Part shown: piece after piece, positions 1 through 15,064 of the stretch | Layout: the number at the start of each line of letters is the position of its first letter | Numbering within the stretch: the stretch's first letter is position 1 | Assembly (NCBI GenBank): GCA_964016885.1 | Contig: OZ024743.1 | Span: 172,050,001-172,114,000, forward strand | From: Eledone cirrhosa | Lineage: Eukaryota | Direction of reading: 5' to 3' | Length of the DNA stretch: 64,000 nt | Made by a program: the position numbers and the translations under genes | The notes under the pieces: generated by a model | Seen by the model: the letters and a program-made list of their open reading frames with translations, nothing else | What the model was told of the DNA's origin: nothing | Databases searched by the model: none

Positions 1-726
1 TCTATAACCTATGAATGGCAGACTATAGACACGATAATTAAAAATATAAATTAAAGCGTAAATAAATACCTCTATAACTATATAACACACGTACAAATCC
101 AAAGATACTAATCCAAAGATATGTTTCACCAGTAATTTGTTGAAAGAAATGGGTTAGCCTCGGTTCATCAGCGTCTGTAAGGCTATACATTTCAGACAAC
201 ACTAAGAGAATTTTAAAAGTGGCTGTCCAGCTACACGTGGGAAAGAGAAGTCACAGCGTGTTTAAGGGCAGTGAACCAGTGGCCTCTGAGGGACGAACTG
301 CTAGAAGGGGCAGCCCAAAGCCACCCAGAGAAGTGTGCTCAACCAAACAGAGTTAGGAAAGAATGTTATTAGGAGCGGTTACCTGTTCCGCTACGAACTA
401 CGATTGAAAGTAATGTTTCAAATCCGGTAGGAACGGCAATCTTACTATGGTGTGGATCCGAGCCCATATTTCGCTCCTAATAACAGTCTTTCCTATCTCT
501 GTTTGGTTGAGCACACTTCTCTTAGTGTTGTCTGAAATGTATAGCCTTACGCACGCTGATGAACCGAGGCTAACCCATTTCTTTCAACAAATTACTGGTG
601 AAACATATCTTTGGATTAGTATCTTTGGATTTGTACGTGTGTTATATAGTTATAGAGGTATTTATTTACGCTTTAATTTATATTTTTAATTATCGTGTCT
701 ATAGTCTGCCTTTCATAGGTTATAGA
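1..726. repeat. Fold-back (inverted) repeat carrying a degenerate hammerhead core, probably a PLE pLTR remnant; runs off the window start
   Basis: 1-210 is the reverse complement of 517-726, and 328-377 of 472-521. CTGATGA-ACC...GGT-GAAAC at 556-604 (+) is mirrored at 123-171 (-). Confidence 0.8.
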
Positions 727-1152
727 TTCCATACACTGGTGGTATTTTTCCCTGTTTTATTGATAGCGCACTGTATATCTCTCTCTCTCGTGTTTTACCT
801 TTTCAACATATTGTATTTTAAAGAGCTCAGGATTTCTTCTCCTTTGAGCACATTATTTACAGGGAATAGCGAGGGCCTATGCCTCCGTTAATTTATCGTG
901 ATATATATATATATATATATATATTAATATAGAAGAGCTTCTACAGGACTAGAACTGTTTCATTTGTTTTGCATGGTTTTTGATGTGAAATTGTGTGTTG
1001 AAACAAATATTATTATATTATGTGTCAGAAATAATAATATAATACACTCACTGTTTAGTTTGAATTGGCCTTCGCTTCTGTATCTTTTATATCATCATAG
1101 TTAATTTAGCTGGCAATCAATATTTATCATTAACCAACGTTTAAAAGTATAG

Positions 1153-1221
<69 letters not shown>

Positions 1222-1225
<4 letters not shown>

Positions 1226-1444
1226 ATCAAAGTTCCTTTGTCACACACCAGTGACATCATCGGTGGTACTATTATGTTTCCTCCCGTTGTATTGTAATAT
1301 CTACGCCATTTTATTTTATTTATTTACTTATTATTGTCTCTGTCTCTCTTTGCGCATGCGCTTGCGTGCGTGTTCGAGTCTGAGTCTGTGTGTTAGTATA
1401 TTATCTTTGTCCACTCGTGTGTGTTTATGTGAGTTTGTTGTTAT
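1222..1444 (-). mobile_element. Diverged 3'-end/pLTR fragment of the PLE family seen at 38.8-43.5 kb
   Basis: Similar to 38994-39200 and to the reverse complement of 31200-31305. Abuts (TA)n and has a degenerate HHR core (CCGATGA-TGTCAC...GTGAC). Confidence 0.65.
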
Positions 1445-3108
<1,664 letters not shown>

Positions 3109-3752
3109 TGCATACATACATGTATGTGTATGTGTATGTACGTATGCATGTGTGTATAATGTTTCTATTTCATATCTCTCAACGCCTTATAGCATTGTTA
3201 GTAATGTCTGCTAGACGTTGTTTATATAAACATCTTCGTAAATCTTTAACGTATTCCTACCTTTTGATTAATATAATTATGATGCTCTATCTTGTAAAGA
3301 TTTCTCTCATCTCAATTGTATTCATATAAAGAAAACAACTTCTTCATAGCAGACGTGAGCTTTATGCTCTGGTATATTTTTATGTATATACGATATGTTT
3401 CTCTCTCTCTTGTGTGCGTGTTTGAGAGAGAGAGAGAGTTGGGGAAGGAAAGACTGTTGGGATATTTCATGTTCGTATTGTAACACTGGTGTTGTGTGTG
3501 CGAATGTCGGAGTGCACATATGGTGTTATTGTGTACATGTCGCGTTGTTCCCTTTATGTCACACCTATAGTTTGCGTGAGGTTGTCGGATTGTATATGTC
3601 TGTACGTTAGTGTTTGTGTTTGCAAATATGTATGGGGTGGGTGGGAGAAAGAGTGAGAATAATTGTGTGTATGTCTAATTGTTTTATATTTCAGTTTCTC
3701 TAAGTGTTTCTTTGTGTACGCATATTTGGATGTGTTTATATATCCATATTAT

Positions 3753-3872
3753 GGCGGTAAGTTGGCAGAGTCATTAGAAAGTCAAATAGATTTGATGTAT
3801 TCGTTTCAGCTGTCCACTCTCTGAGTTCAAATTTCTCCGAGGTCAATTTTGCTTTTCATGCATTCGGGGTCG
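3753..3872 (+). mobile_element. tRNA-derived SINE (diverged, partial)
   Basis: A-box-like TGGCAGAGTC, B-box GAGTTCAAAT, then ccgaggtcaattttgcttttcat shared with the other copies. Confidence 0.75.
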
Positions 3873-4864
3873 CTATATGTAAACATATTTTAATGCAATT
3901 GTGTGCGTGCATGTATATACCTGCATATGTGTGCGTGTCCATAAATGATTGTAATATGCATGTACATCTATGAAATTCAATAGGTGGATTGCAAGCAAGT
4001 GTAAATATTTGTACAAGCGTGCTTCTGTGTACCAACAAGTGTATGCATGTGTATGCATCAAGTATATTCATGTTTCAATATCTAATTGCGTATGTATATG
4101 CAAGTAAAGGCGCGCGCGCGTGTGTGAGCACATTTGTGCCTGTGTGCATGTGTGTATGTGCGTGTGTGCAATTAGGTTCTTCAGAGAGAAACCTCCATTA
4201 GCATGTTTTATGCTTTTATAATCAGCTCAGAGATTGTTTTAGAAAACGAAACACCAAAACATGAAAATTCCAAGCAGCAACTTGTGCCGTTCTTTCATTA
4301 ATAGGTGGAGAGCGCATTAGATAAATGAATTCTTAGATATGAACTTCCTACTTTTTCTAACTTTAATTCATTCTACTAGTCTTCCACCGTCTGATACGCT
4401 CGCTGTGTCATTGTATCTATCTACAACGTATTAGGCATAAGGAAAGATATATCATAAATAAAATGAAAGAGCGATTGTATTAACCTTCGTTCAAACAAGG
4501 TTTTAGTTGTTATATTTCTTATTCATCACTATATATATTTTTCTTTATAGCTTTTACATTATCTAACGCCTGTTTAGAATTATCAATTTTTCTTTTTATT
4601 TGAATTATTTCGTTTAATGTTTGACCCTCCTTATAAATGAAGTTCTATGGTGTGTATTCTGTTCTTTCCAAATTGTTTTTTTCCGATTCCTATTTTATTT
4701 CTTCTTTGATTATTTATTCTATTCTATTTTATTTTGTAATGGCGCCGGAAGTATTAAAGCAAAATTAAATCTCATCAGCAAAACCTAGCAGACTGGACAC
4801 TCAATTCACTCATATGTGTAAAGTGGTACTCAAGCATTAAGTTAGTAGACAACCGCTAAAGCTC

Positions 4865-4953
<89 letters not shown>

Positions 4954-5143
4954 CTCTGAAATAGCGATATATATATGAATGTATATATAGTGTATTTTGC
5001 AATACACTGTATGCTTAATTAAAAGTATTTTGAAGACCTTACGCTATTGTTTTAAAGTAGCGCCATTCTCGCTTACTTAAATTTTCGGCAGACAGGGGGA
5101 GATGAGTTGACAGCTCTGTTTCGTACTTTTATACATATATACA

Positions 5144-5193
<50 letters not shown>

Positions 5194-5534
5194 AAATAGG
5201 ATTTCGCTTCAAGCATAGCTTTATATGTATAAACATTTCGTACCTCCAAGAAATACGGTTTTAGCTATGCAAATACGGTTTTAGCTATGCAGACACCGGC
5301 GGGCTAACGCCCTCTGGTGATGTCCAGCAGAAGCAAAGGGGACAACCGTCTATGCATTTCAGGCTTAACTGGCCTTCGTCAGGACGGTCCCTCCCACCAC
5401 TTGCGACTGCTGGACTAGAAGACAGCCGAGAATATATACTTTTCCCGTCTGTGTAAATGAGGTGATTAATCTCCTTTGCATATGAAGCTGCATGGATTGG
5501 CTCAACTTATAATAAAAAGAAATAGGATTTCGCT

Positions 5535-7581
5535 TCAAGCATATGCTGACACGGATCTTCCGCATCCTAATTCGCGCGGGATCCCCCTCAATGTCTCCAG
5601 TTTGTGCAGTAATGGCTCGAGAGTCAATACGTACAAGAGGGACGAGAGGGGACATCCTTTGCGGACCGAGTGCATGATGTTGAACGGTTCCGAAAGGTGA
5701 CCGTTCACTCTCACCACAGAGCAGATGTCGCTGTGCACGGCAGCGATCCAGCCTCTGAAGACGGGCCCAAAGCCAGCCGCCCTCAGGACTGCCGCTAGGT
5801 AACGATGGTCGACCCTATCGAAAGCTTTCGACTGATCTAAATTGATCAAGGACCCACCCGTGCCAGGTTCCTTAGCTACCCTCTCCACGATGTATCGCAT
5901 GAGGTGGAGGTTGTTGTGGATGGATCTGTCTGGAATGGCGCATGTCTGCGCCTCTCCCACCAGACCACCAACGACAAGCGCCAACCTCTTTGCTAGCACC
6001 TTGGCCAAAATCTGGAACTCGGTGTTTAGCAGAGTTATGGGCCTTAAATTATCTATGTTATCACCCTTGTTCGGATCCTTTCTCAGCAGCGCCACTGCTC
6101 CTCGGCTCACAGAGCTGGTAATTCTCCCGTTCTGTTGCCAGTTGCAGTAGACGTCCGCCAAGAGGCCTCTGAACAAGTCGGGCATGTGTACGTAAAGTTC
6201 ATAGGGCAGACCATCCAAACCAGGTGATTTTCCACTTGTGCAGCCAGTCATTGCCTCCCGTACTTCAGCGGCTGTTATCGGCTTTTCGCAACTCTCCGCC
6301 TCAGTGGCCGAGAGCCGCGGCAGTTCGTCGAGATAGTCACTAAAGTCAATCCCTTGATCCGGCCCGCCGCTTCCCCCGAACAGCTGTGCGAAGTATCGCT
6401 AAAACACTTCACACATTTACCCGGGATCGAGTAGCTTGCACCCGTCGGGGTCCACCAAAAACCGTATCGTAGCTTTGTTGCCACGACGCGCCTCCACCAC
6501 TCGGGCCCATTGAACGGCTTTCGTCCCTTCGTGTCTGAGAGCACGCACCCTAGCTCTGACAATGAAGTCTTCGTGCTTTGCATTGAAGAATTGGTCGAGG
6601 GCCAATTTCGCCGCAAGTACGTCGGTCGCGATGCCTTTGCTAAGCGCCTCGTCTAATTTTCTAACTAGTTCACCCTCTGCTCTATTTTTCTCTATAGCTA
6701 AAGCCTTACTAAACCTAATGGAATCTATTCTAATCACTCTTTTCAGAGCAAACCACCACTTGTTGTTGACGATGGCACCCCGTCAACGCCCTCTTAACTA
6801 GTTCGCTAATCCGGTCTCTGTTGGACTTGCGCGCTGGTAATGACGCGTTTAGCTTCCAGTAGCCGGGTCCTCGTCTATGAAGCCTATCTAAGTCAAGCAC
6901 ACAGATCACGAATTTGTGGTCCGTGTAGCTGACTATCTTGAATTGTGGACAGCCTATGCTAAACCTATCTATTTCCCTACAAAATACTCTATCTAGATAT
7001 GATCTGGATGACCCGATACGGTTTGTCCATATCCACAGTGGCACATTCGAGAAATCCAATCGGTAGCTGTCAGACAGTTCAAAACGCCTGGGCAGGTTGT
7101 TGAGGCTCTTGCACTCTCCTCTCCTATCCGCTAATTTCAGACAGTCCCAGCGTGCATCTAAGATCCCGTTCCAGTCACCCACTAACACTAAAGAGCGGGA
7201 CGTTCCAAGAAAGGTCTCCAGACGCCGGAAGAAATCAGGCCACCCTGCTCCTGTCGGGGCATAGACGGCCACTAGCCTGAAAGCTTGCCCGTCTCCGCTG
7301 GTCACCACCAACTTACCTTCTGGGTTTAGGAAGATGGCCCGTATGGTGAGATCCAAACCTCTCCGAAAAGCACAACTCCTCCCCCGATCCAGGACGGCTG
7401 GGAGATGCGTACACATGTAACCGCCGAAGATTGGTGCGAAGGCCCGTGCTTCGGAGATTCTGGTCTCGGTGATGGCAACTACATCTATGTTTGTTGACCT
7501 GAGGTCGTTGAGCAGGTGGTCCTGCTTCCATTACGACCCCAAGCCTCGCGCATTTATGCTGCCAATTCTGAGTGAGGTCAT
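5535..7581 (-). pseudogene. LINE ORF2: APE endonuclease + N-terminal half of RT
   Basis: MTSLRIGSINARGL, VYAP, LVGDWN, SYLDRV, TDHK, GPGYWKLN, KSPGLDG, RPITLLN, LDQSKAFDRV, GCPLS; ends at SAYA. Confidence 0.9.
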
Positions 7582-7619
7582 GTTGAAATGGTGGGGAAAA
7601 GATGGGGAAGACCACTTAC

Positions 7620-9578
7620 CTTACTTCTCGTAGAGGAAGATGGTTTCTACATCCTTTTCACTGCTTGTGGCCTCCTCCCGAAGGATTGTCCTTATAAATC
7701 CTCATGGAGAGTGCTTGTCGGAAGTCTCCGATGTCTTTGGGGAATTTTTGTTTTAGTGTCGTGTACGTTTTCTGTGTGATGCGAGTGATTTTTTGTGTGG
7801 AGGTGGTGTTAACTTTTGGGGTGTTGTGTAGTCTTTTTCTGTGATGCTGGTGTTGTGTTGGATGTAGTATAATAATTGCTTGTTGTTCAAATTTAATTGT
7901 TTCTATTTTAGGCACAAGGCCAGCAATTACCCAGTGCATTACTGGTACTTTATTTATCGACCCCGTAAGGATGAAAGGCAAAGTCAACCTCGGCGGGATT
8001 TGAACTCAGATCGTAAAGGGACGTAACTATGCTGGAAAGCATGGCGTCCGACCCTCTACCGATACTGCCAATCCACCGCTTGTTGTTCTAATTTAATGCT
8101 GTGTAGTGTGTATCGTTTTGGTTGTTTTGTTTTGTTTGCGTTTGTTGTGGGTTTGTTTCTGTTTCGCTTTTTGGTGACTTTTGTGGTGTTGGTGATGGTG
8201 GTGTTGGGGTTAATGATGGTGATGGTGTTGGTGTTTGTGGTGATGGGTTTGGTGATGCTGGTGTGGATGGTGGCATAGCTGTCCTAACTTTTTTGTTTGA
8301 TAGTTTATTTGTTACCCTCTCTATTTTGTTTTTAGAGGGGGAAGGAAGGGGATTTTTTTCTTTTTTGGCTTCTTTTTCTTTTTTTCTTTTTTCCTGATAC
8401 CGTTTCCCACTCCTCGTCGTCACAATCTGTCTCCAGTTGCGATAGGTCGGGGAGTGGAAAATCCTCCACAGGCGTTGGTTTTGGTTGTGGCGTGGTGGAT
8501 GGTGTAGTCGCAGGTGATAGTTCTGGCGCGTTGGTTGGTGGTGGTGTTGGTTTTGCTACTGTTGCTGGGGTTGTTGCTGCTAAAGTTGATTCTGTTTTTG
8601 CTACTACAGTTGTTGCTGCCATTTCTGCTGCTGGTGGTGTTGGTGGTTGAGTCACTGGGGTGGGTAAGAGAGGTGGCCTCAACTTTTTAGCCTGAGGGCA
8701 GAAAGCCCTTAGGTGAGTTCCTTCAACACAAACGATACACCTAGGCCTACTTCCCTCGACGATTACGATGAGGTGGGTGCCGTCAATGAGATCTATTACC
8801 TCTGGTATCTCCTCAATGCTTTTTTGGTCCGCTTGGATCAGGAGCTCCATCCCAGATCCGGACCAGTTCTCCTGCTTTTCTTTCGCTATTGCTATTATCT
8901 TGGTGTTGGCTTCGATGCCGGCGAGAACGGCAGCCATTAGCCAGGGAATTTCGATGGCCGGTGGAACGTGGGTTACCCTTAACTTCACGAGTCTCTCTCT
9001 GGCTACAATAGCTTGGGACGAGTGTGAAGTCGTCACTTCTTAATGGGGCCATGGAGTGTTCTCTGGCCTCCTGTGGTGTTTCAAAGAACACATCCACGGT
9101 TCCATATTTCTGCCCACGTCTGATGTGGTTTTTTTTTGCCCACACTTGTCCCAAAGCTTTTTGGATTTGGGACTCGGTTGCCCGTTCCACTCGGCGCGAT
9201 TTTATGTTAATCGTCCGATAAGACACGGTGCATAGGCGCCGATGATCCATTTTATTAGGTGGTGGGTGAGGCTGACCCTGTACCCATCTTTCTTTACCAT
9301 TTTTTTGGCTTCTTCTAATTCCTCCTGAGTTACCTGGAATGCTTCGAACATGTTTGCTACGCTTGCAAAAGATAGGGTTGTTTCCTTAATTTCATTGTTG
9401 CTGTTGTTATTGGTAATGGCGGGAAATGAATGTCTGCCTGAGACAAATTTAAAATATTGCTACTGCTTATATTTTTAGTGTTGGCAAACGTAGTAATATT
9501 TACAATGGTGGTGTCGGTGTGAGCTGTTAGTTTGAGAGGAAGGCTCTCAGCTACTGGGTTGAGATTTGAGTCGGCCAA
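7620..9578 (-). pseudogene. LINE ORF1 (zinc-knuckle, Pro/Thr-rich), frameshifted and SINE-interrupted
   Basis: ORF pieces 9357-9578, 8813-9250, 8332-9036 (CIVCVEGTHLRAFC) and 8088-8423, lying upstream of ORF2. Confidence 0.7.
7898..8079 (-). mobile_element. tRNA-derived SINE inserted in LINE ORF1, with TSD
   Basis: A box TGGCAGTATCGG and B box GAGTTCAAATCC on the minus strand. Flanking direct repeat ttgttgttc(a/t)aatttaat at about 7880-7897 and 8080-8097. Confidence 0.9.
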
Positions 9579-9784
9579 GATTTATCAAAGAAATTTTTTT
9601 TTGTTTGATAATTATAAAAGTTTAACTTTTGGGCTCAAGGCCCCAATCTTTTTGAGTGTCCTTTTCAGAAAACAATGTATATACAGTTAACAATAAAAAT
9701 TTTCCAATAATGGCAATTTTAAACAACTAAAAATAACAAACCCTTGCGGAGCTCACGATAATACGATTTACTACGTAGGTCGCC

Positions 9785-9990
9785 AATAATAATAATAATA
9801 ATAATAATTGTCTCTACTTTAGGCACAAGGCCAGCAATTAACCAGTTCATTACTGGTACTTTATTTTATCGACCCCGTAAGGATGAAAGGCAAAGTCAAC
9901 CTCGGCGGGATTTGAACTCGGATCGTAAAGGGACGTAGCTATGCTGGAAAGCATGGCGTCCGACCCTCTACCGATACTGCCAATCCACCG
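9785..9990 (-). mobile_element. tRNA-derived SINE with (TAT)n tail, within an (AAT)n tract
   Basis: Near-identical to 7898-8079. Confidence 0.9.
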
Positions 9991-9998
9991 ATACTACC

Positions 9999-10051
<53 letters not shown>

Positions 10052-10254
10052 CTCTTAGTACAAATGCTACGTAAAGCACCCGGCTTGAGCCCCAAAAAAT
10101 TCGGACCCAAAATATATTGTTATAAGGCTCAAATATTCAAATATTCAACTTTGTATTGTACACTGTATATCCAAAAAAGAAAATGGCTATAAATGGAAGA
10201 AGAAGAATCCCCCCCCCCCCTCCTCTCCTCTGGCTACACTATATAGGACAGCTA

Positions 10255-10560
10255 AACTCACCAACACCAGAATCTAGATACACCACCCACCCCATCATCT
10301 GTGTACACTAAACACAACAGTCAGATAACGACATTTTCACCTTCACCGCCACCGCTCACTACGGCCATCATTACCACCACTATCCCATCACCGCCGCCAC
10401 CACCCCTTGACTCCTTCACTACTGCCACCGCTACAGCACCATCACTACAGTAATACAGTCACATCACCGCCACCACTGCCTCGGTATCGACATCACCACC
10501 ACCACTGTCTCAGTATCGCTACCGCCGCCAGTCTCCCACTTCCCCCTGCTGGCTGCTACT
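10255..10560. repeat. (CAC/CAT)n-like low-complexity tract
   Basis: Degenerate caccaccac/catcaccgc repeats. Confidence 0.6.
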
Positions 10561-10832
10561 TCCACATTATAGAATTCCTACTACTAACAAAGAGGAAGGC
10601 ATCAAAATATATAGATAGACTCAAAAGAAAAAAGAAAAAACAAACAACAAAACCAAAGCAGAGAAAAACAAAAACAAAAAAAGAAACCCCAAAAACGTAA
10701 AGAAAATAAGAATGAAGAGAGAAGCAGGCGGACGGACAGAGAAGAGGGGGGAAAAAGTAAAACTTAAAAAACAAAAACTAAGTCAGACATTCGAATACTA
10801 CATTACAATGAAACTTATGCTTATTCATTTTT

Positions 10833-13800
10833 GGGGCCCTTTCTGCCCGTGTGTTTGTTTGTTTATGTGTGTCCGTATACAGCGTGGTGATAATGCCACA
10901 CAAGGGCCAAGTGGGATGGCGGATCCACAGATGGCTATGTAAACATACATTCGCCAATCCTCGATAAGAGTGTTTAAATATCGAACATAAACAGTTCGAA
11001 TAACGGTGAAATGGAGACTAGAACGTCATGTGACAGACTCTCACCCAACAGGTGCCCCCTGGCTCAGCAGCAGGAACCTGACTGTCAACGAAATACTGCT
11101 GATGTTGGAGGAAGAAGAAGAAGGAAAGGGGCCAGAACCAACTGGACGAAAGAATTGAATAGAACTGTTATGCAATGCTACCTGAAAAGTAACCCCAAGG
11201 AGAGGGGCTACAGGAGACGGATGCATAACATCTGGAACGAGATTGGTTTATTTAAATTAGATGAACAAAAATTGGCCGGGCAGGCTCGGGTAATAAGAAC
11301 TAATGGGTGGATAAGCGAGCTGGAACTGGAGGAACTGAGCAGAGAGAATGGCTTGGAGATGGCGGGTGTAGTATGCCAGACAAGCGAGCCGGCGGGAAAT
11401 GAAGGTGAGGAGGTCCTGAGAGCGGAGGAACCACCCGAAGCAGACAATGATCTGAATACTGAGATAAATAATACCTGGAACAGAGATACGGCCACTGAGG
11501 AGATGAATGCTGACGGGCTAGGACAAGATTCGGTTGACATCCTAAATTTAGTGGTAGATGAGTTGAACAATGATAGTGGGAGACCTATGAACCTAAGATT
11601 TGTAGACAGGAAAAAGTTAAAAGAAACAACAGCTAAGGTAAACAAAGTCATCCCATACCTTGAGGCGAGGAGTCTTCACCAGTGCAACAATATCCTCAAA
11701 GCAACAGCAAATACGGTGAGGAAACTACTTGGTATAAAAGCGAGAGGAAACAACAGACAAGAAAGAGCAGAGCCGTGGTGGAAGAAGCGACTGAGTGGGC
11801 AAATCGGGGAAATGAGAAATGACATAGGAAAGCTTGAGTCACTACTGAATGGGACACTAAAAAACATAGGCACTAAAAATAGACTGGAAATAAAATACAA
11901 AACTAGGAGTAAAAAGCTAAATATTATCATAGAGGAATTGAAGCAACGCATTGTAGCAAAGAGTGCCAAAATCAGGCGATACGAGAACAGAGTCAGTCAG
12001 TATAAACAGAACCGCATGTTCGACAACAACCAGAAGATGCTGTTTGGACAGCTTGAGGGGAAAGAAAGAGGCACCGACTTGATCCCTGGGGCGGAACAAG
12101 CTAAAACATTCTGGAGAGGAATATGGGAGCAGGATGTTAGACACAATGCCCAGGCAGGGTGGATTGAGACAGTACAGAGGGAGATCGGTGAGCAGGCACA
12201 GCAACAGACTGATTTGAGTATCACAGTTGAAACTCTTAAGGGGCAAGCCAAAAAACTAACCAACTGGAAATCACCAGGCCCAGATGGTGTGCAGGGGTAT
12301 TGGATTAAACATTTAACATCCCTCCACCCGAAGCTGACGGCCATGTTCAATGACTGCTTGGTGTCGGGTGAGGTGCCAGAGTGGTTGACAAAAGGTACCA
12401 CAGTCCTGATAATGAAAGACCGAATCAAGGGTAATGATGTTACCAACTATAGACCTATCACATGTCTGCCCGTAATGTGGAAACTGTTGACGAGCATTGT
12501 GTCTGAGGAAATCTACCATCACCTCCACACAAACAACTTGTTGCCGGACGAACAGAAAGGATGCCGAAAGAAGTCACGTGGTACAAAGGACCAGTTGCTT
12601 ATTGATAAGATGGTAATGGGGAATTGCAGGAGGAGACACACTGATCTTGCCATGGGATGGATAGACTACAGAAAGGCATTTGACATGGTGCCTCATTCCT
12701 GGATCACCAAAAGCCTGGGATCTTCAGGGTGGCAGATAACATCAGACAGTTGCTGGGCAGGAGTATGGGGTCCTGGGAGACAGAGTTGACATCAACTGGA
12801 GTATCCTTGGGAAGCGTGAAGATCAAGAGAGGTATCTTCCAGGGAGATAGCCTGTCCCCTCTGTTGTTTGTCCTTGCCCTGATGCCCTTGACCATTATGC
12901 TGCGAAAAGTGAGAGCAGGATACAAGTTGGGAAGGGGAGAGCTTACCATCAATCACCTCCTCTTCATGGACGATCTTAAGCTCTTCGGGAAAAGTGAGAA
13001 GGAGTTGGATGTGCTTGTTGACACTGTCCGTATTTTCAGCAGTGATATATGTATGCAGTTTGGTATTGGTAAATGTGGAGTCATTGTGATGAGGAGGGGT
13101 AGGTTGAGCAGAAGTAACGGGATCCAGATACCAACAGGTGAGATGATAAAGGAAATTGACTCTGAGGAAGGATACAAGTATTTGGGCGTTCTGGAGGCTG
13201 ATGGCATAAAGAACAAAAAAATGAAGGAATTGTTAAGAACTGAATACATTCGGAGAGTAAGGAGCGTATTGAAGTCACATCTGAACAGCAGAAATGCCAT
13301 AAGCGCAGTAAATTCCCGAGCTGTGTCTATTATTAGGTACAGTGCGGGAATTCTGAGATGGAATGTTGCTGAACAAAAAGAAATGGATAGGAAGACTAGG
13401 AAGCTATTGACTATCTACAACATGTTCCACAAGAGGAGTGATGTCGATAGACTCTACCTAAGGAGATCTGAGGGTGGAAGAGGTCTTATCAGCATAGAGG
13501 ACTGTGTTCAGATGGAGAAAAACAACCTATACAAATACGTGACCTATAGTAAGGAGCCAATGCTCAGAGCTGTACTGAAGGAGGGGACAGTAGGCCAGGG
13601 GATACCCAAGGAGGAAATAACATCAAGGAGGAAGAGCAGCCTTAAGGGAAAATCCCTTCATAGTACCTTCTTTGAGAAAACTGAATTTAGAGATCCACAG
13701 ACATGGAACTGGTTGAGAAGAGGAGACCTCAAAAAGGCTACAGAAGGAATGCTAATGGCTGCGCAGGAGCAGGCCCTCAAAACGAAGTGGTTGAAGCACC

Positions 13801-14508
13801 ATATCTACAAGGAGGAGGCTAGCCCACTGTGCAGGATCTGTGGAGAGAGAGAGGAGACTGTGGCTCACATTGTGTCCGAGTGTAAACACCTAGCCCAGAC
13901 CCACTATAAGGGCTGGAGACACGATGTGATGGGCAGGGTGATCCACTGGCACCTGTGCAAAGTAAACAATCTACCACATTCTGAGAAATGGTATGAGCAT
14001 AGGCCAGAGGCGGTGATGGAGAACAGTCAGGTGAAGGTGCTGTGGGATTTTAGGATACAGACGGACAAAAAACTGGAACACAATAGACCTGACCTGGTGG
14101 TTGTGGACAAAGAAAAAAGATCGTGCCTGATTGTGGATGTGGCCTGCCCGTTCGACACGAGAGTGCAAGAGAAGGAGAGGGAGAAAATTAACCGATACCA
14201 GGACCTAAAGTGGGAGGTGAAAAGGATTTGGAACTGCCATGAAGTCAAAGTGATCCCGATTGTCATAGGCGCACTGGGGACTATCTCCAAAGGTTTCCAG
14301 GGATGGTTAAAGAAAATCGGCCCCTTCACGATTTTTGGAACGCTTCAAAAGGCATGCTTGCTTGGAACGGCAAGAACCCTCCGATACGTCCTGAATATCT
14401 GAGGCTGCAGGTAGTGGCTTGATATTCAATCCAACGGACTTTCCAGTTAACCAACATCAATGACTGAGATTCAAGGAATAACAATAACAATAATAATAAT
14501 AATAATAA
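10833..14508 (+). mobile_element. R4/Dong-like RLE non-LTR retrotransposon, near full length
   Basis: Single long ORF RT-CCHC-RLE, short 3' UTR, (TAA)n tail. The 5' boundary is approximate. Confidence 0.88.
11011..14402 (+). CDS. RT + zinc knuckle + restriction-like endonuclease polyprotein with one frameshift near 12715
   Basis: WKSPGPDG, YRPITCL, WIDYRKAFDMVPH | GIFQGDSLSP, LFMDD, CRICGEREETVAHIVSEC, RHD, NRPDLVV..DVACP..EK..RY. Confidence 0.88.
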
Positions 14509-15062
14509 AAGTAAACAATTTACCACATTCTGAGAAATGGTATGAGCATAGGCCAGAGGCGGTGATGGAGAACAATCAGGTGAAGGTGCTGTGGGATTTT
14601 AGGATACAGACGGACAAAAAACTGGAACACAATAGACCTGACCTGGTGGTTGTGGACAAAGAAAAAAGATCGTGTCTGATTGTGGATGTGGCCTGCCCGT
14701 TCGACACGAGAGTGCAAGAGAAGGAGAGGGAGAAAATTAACCGATACCAGGACCTAAAGTGGGAGGTGAAAAGGATTTGGAACTGCCATGAAGTCAAAGT
14801 GATCCCGATTGTCATAGGCGCACTGGGGACTATCTCCAAAAGTTTCCAGGGATGGTTAAAGAAAATCGGCCCCTTCACGCTTTTTGGAACGCTTCAAAAG
14901 GCATGCTTGCTTGGAACAGCAAGAACCCTCCGATACGTCCTGAATATCTGAGGCTGCAGGTAGTGGCTTGATATTCAATCCAACGGACTTTCCAGTTAAC
15001 CAACATCAATGACTGAGATTCAAGGAATAACAATAATAATAACAATAATAATAATAATAATT
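14509..15062 (+). mobile_element. 5'-truncated second Dong-like copy inserted in the (TAA)n tail of the first
   Basis: Nearly identical to about 13960-14508, with its own (TAA)n tail. Confidence 0.9.
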
Positions 15063-15064
15063 AG

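Larger units (their letters stand above)
5535..9783 (-). mobile_element. Tx1/L1-like LINE with intact 5' end, 3'-truncated in the RT
   Basis: ORF1 with CCHC knuckle followed by ORF2 APE-RT; broken by frameshifts and a SINE insertion. Confidence 0.9.

Noticed and set aside
7898-8079. tRNA genes at the A/B-box sites
   Set aside because: The boxes belong to dispersed SINE heads with a shared non-tRNA body, tail and TSDs; no cloverleaf is evident.
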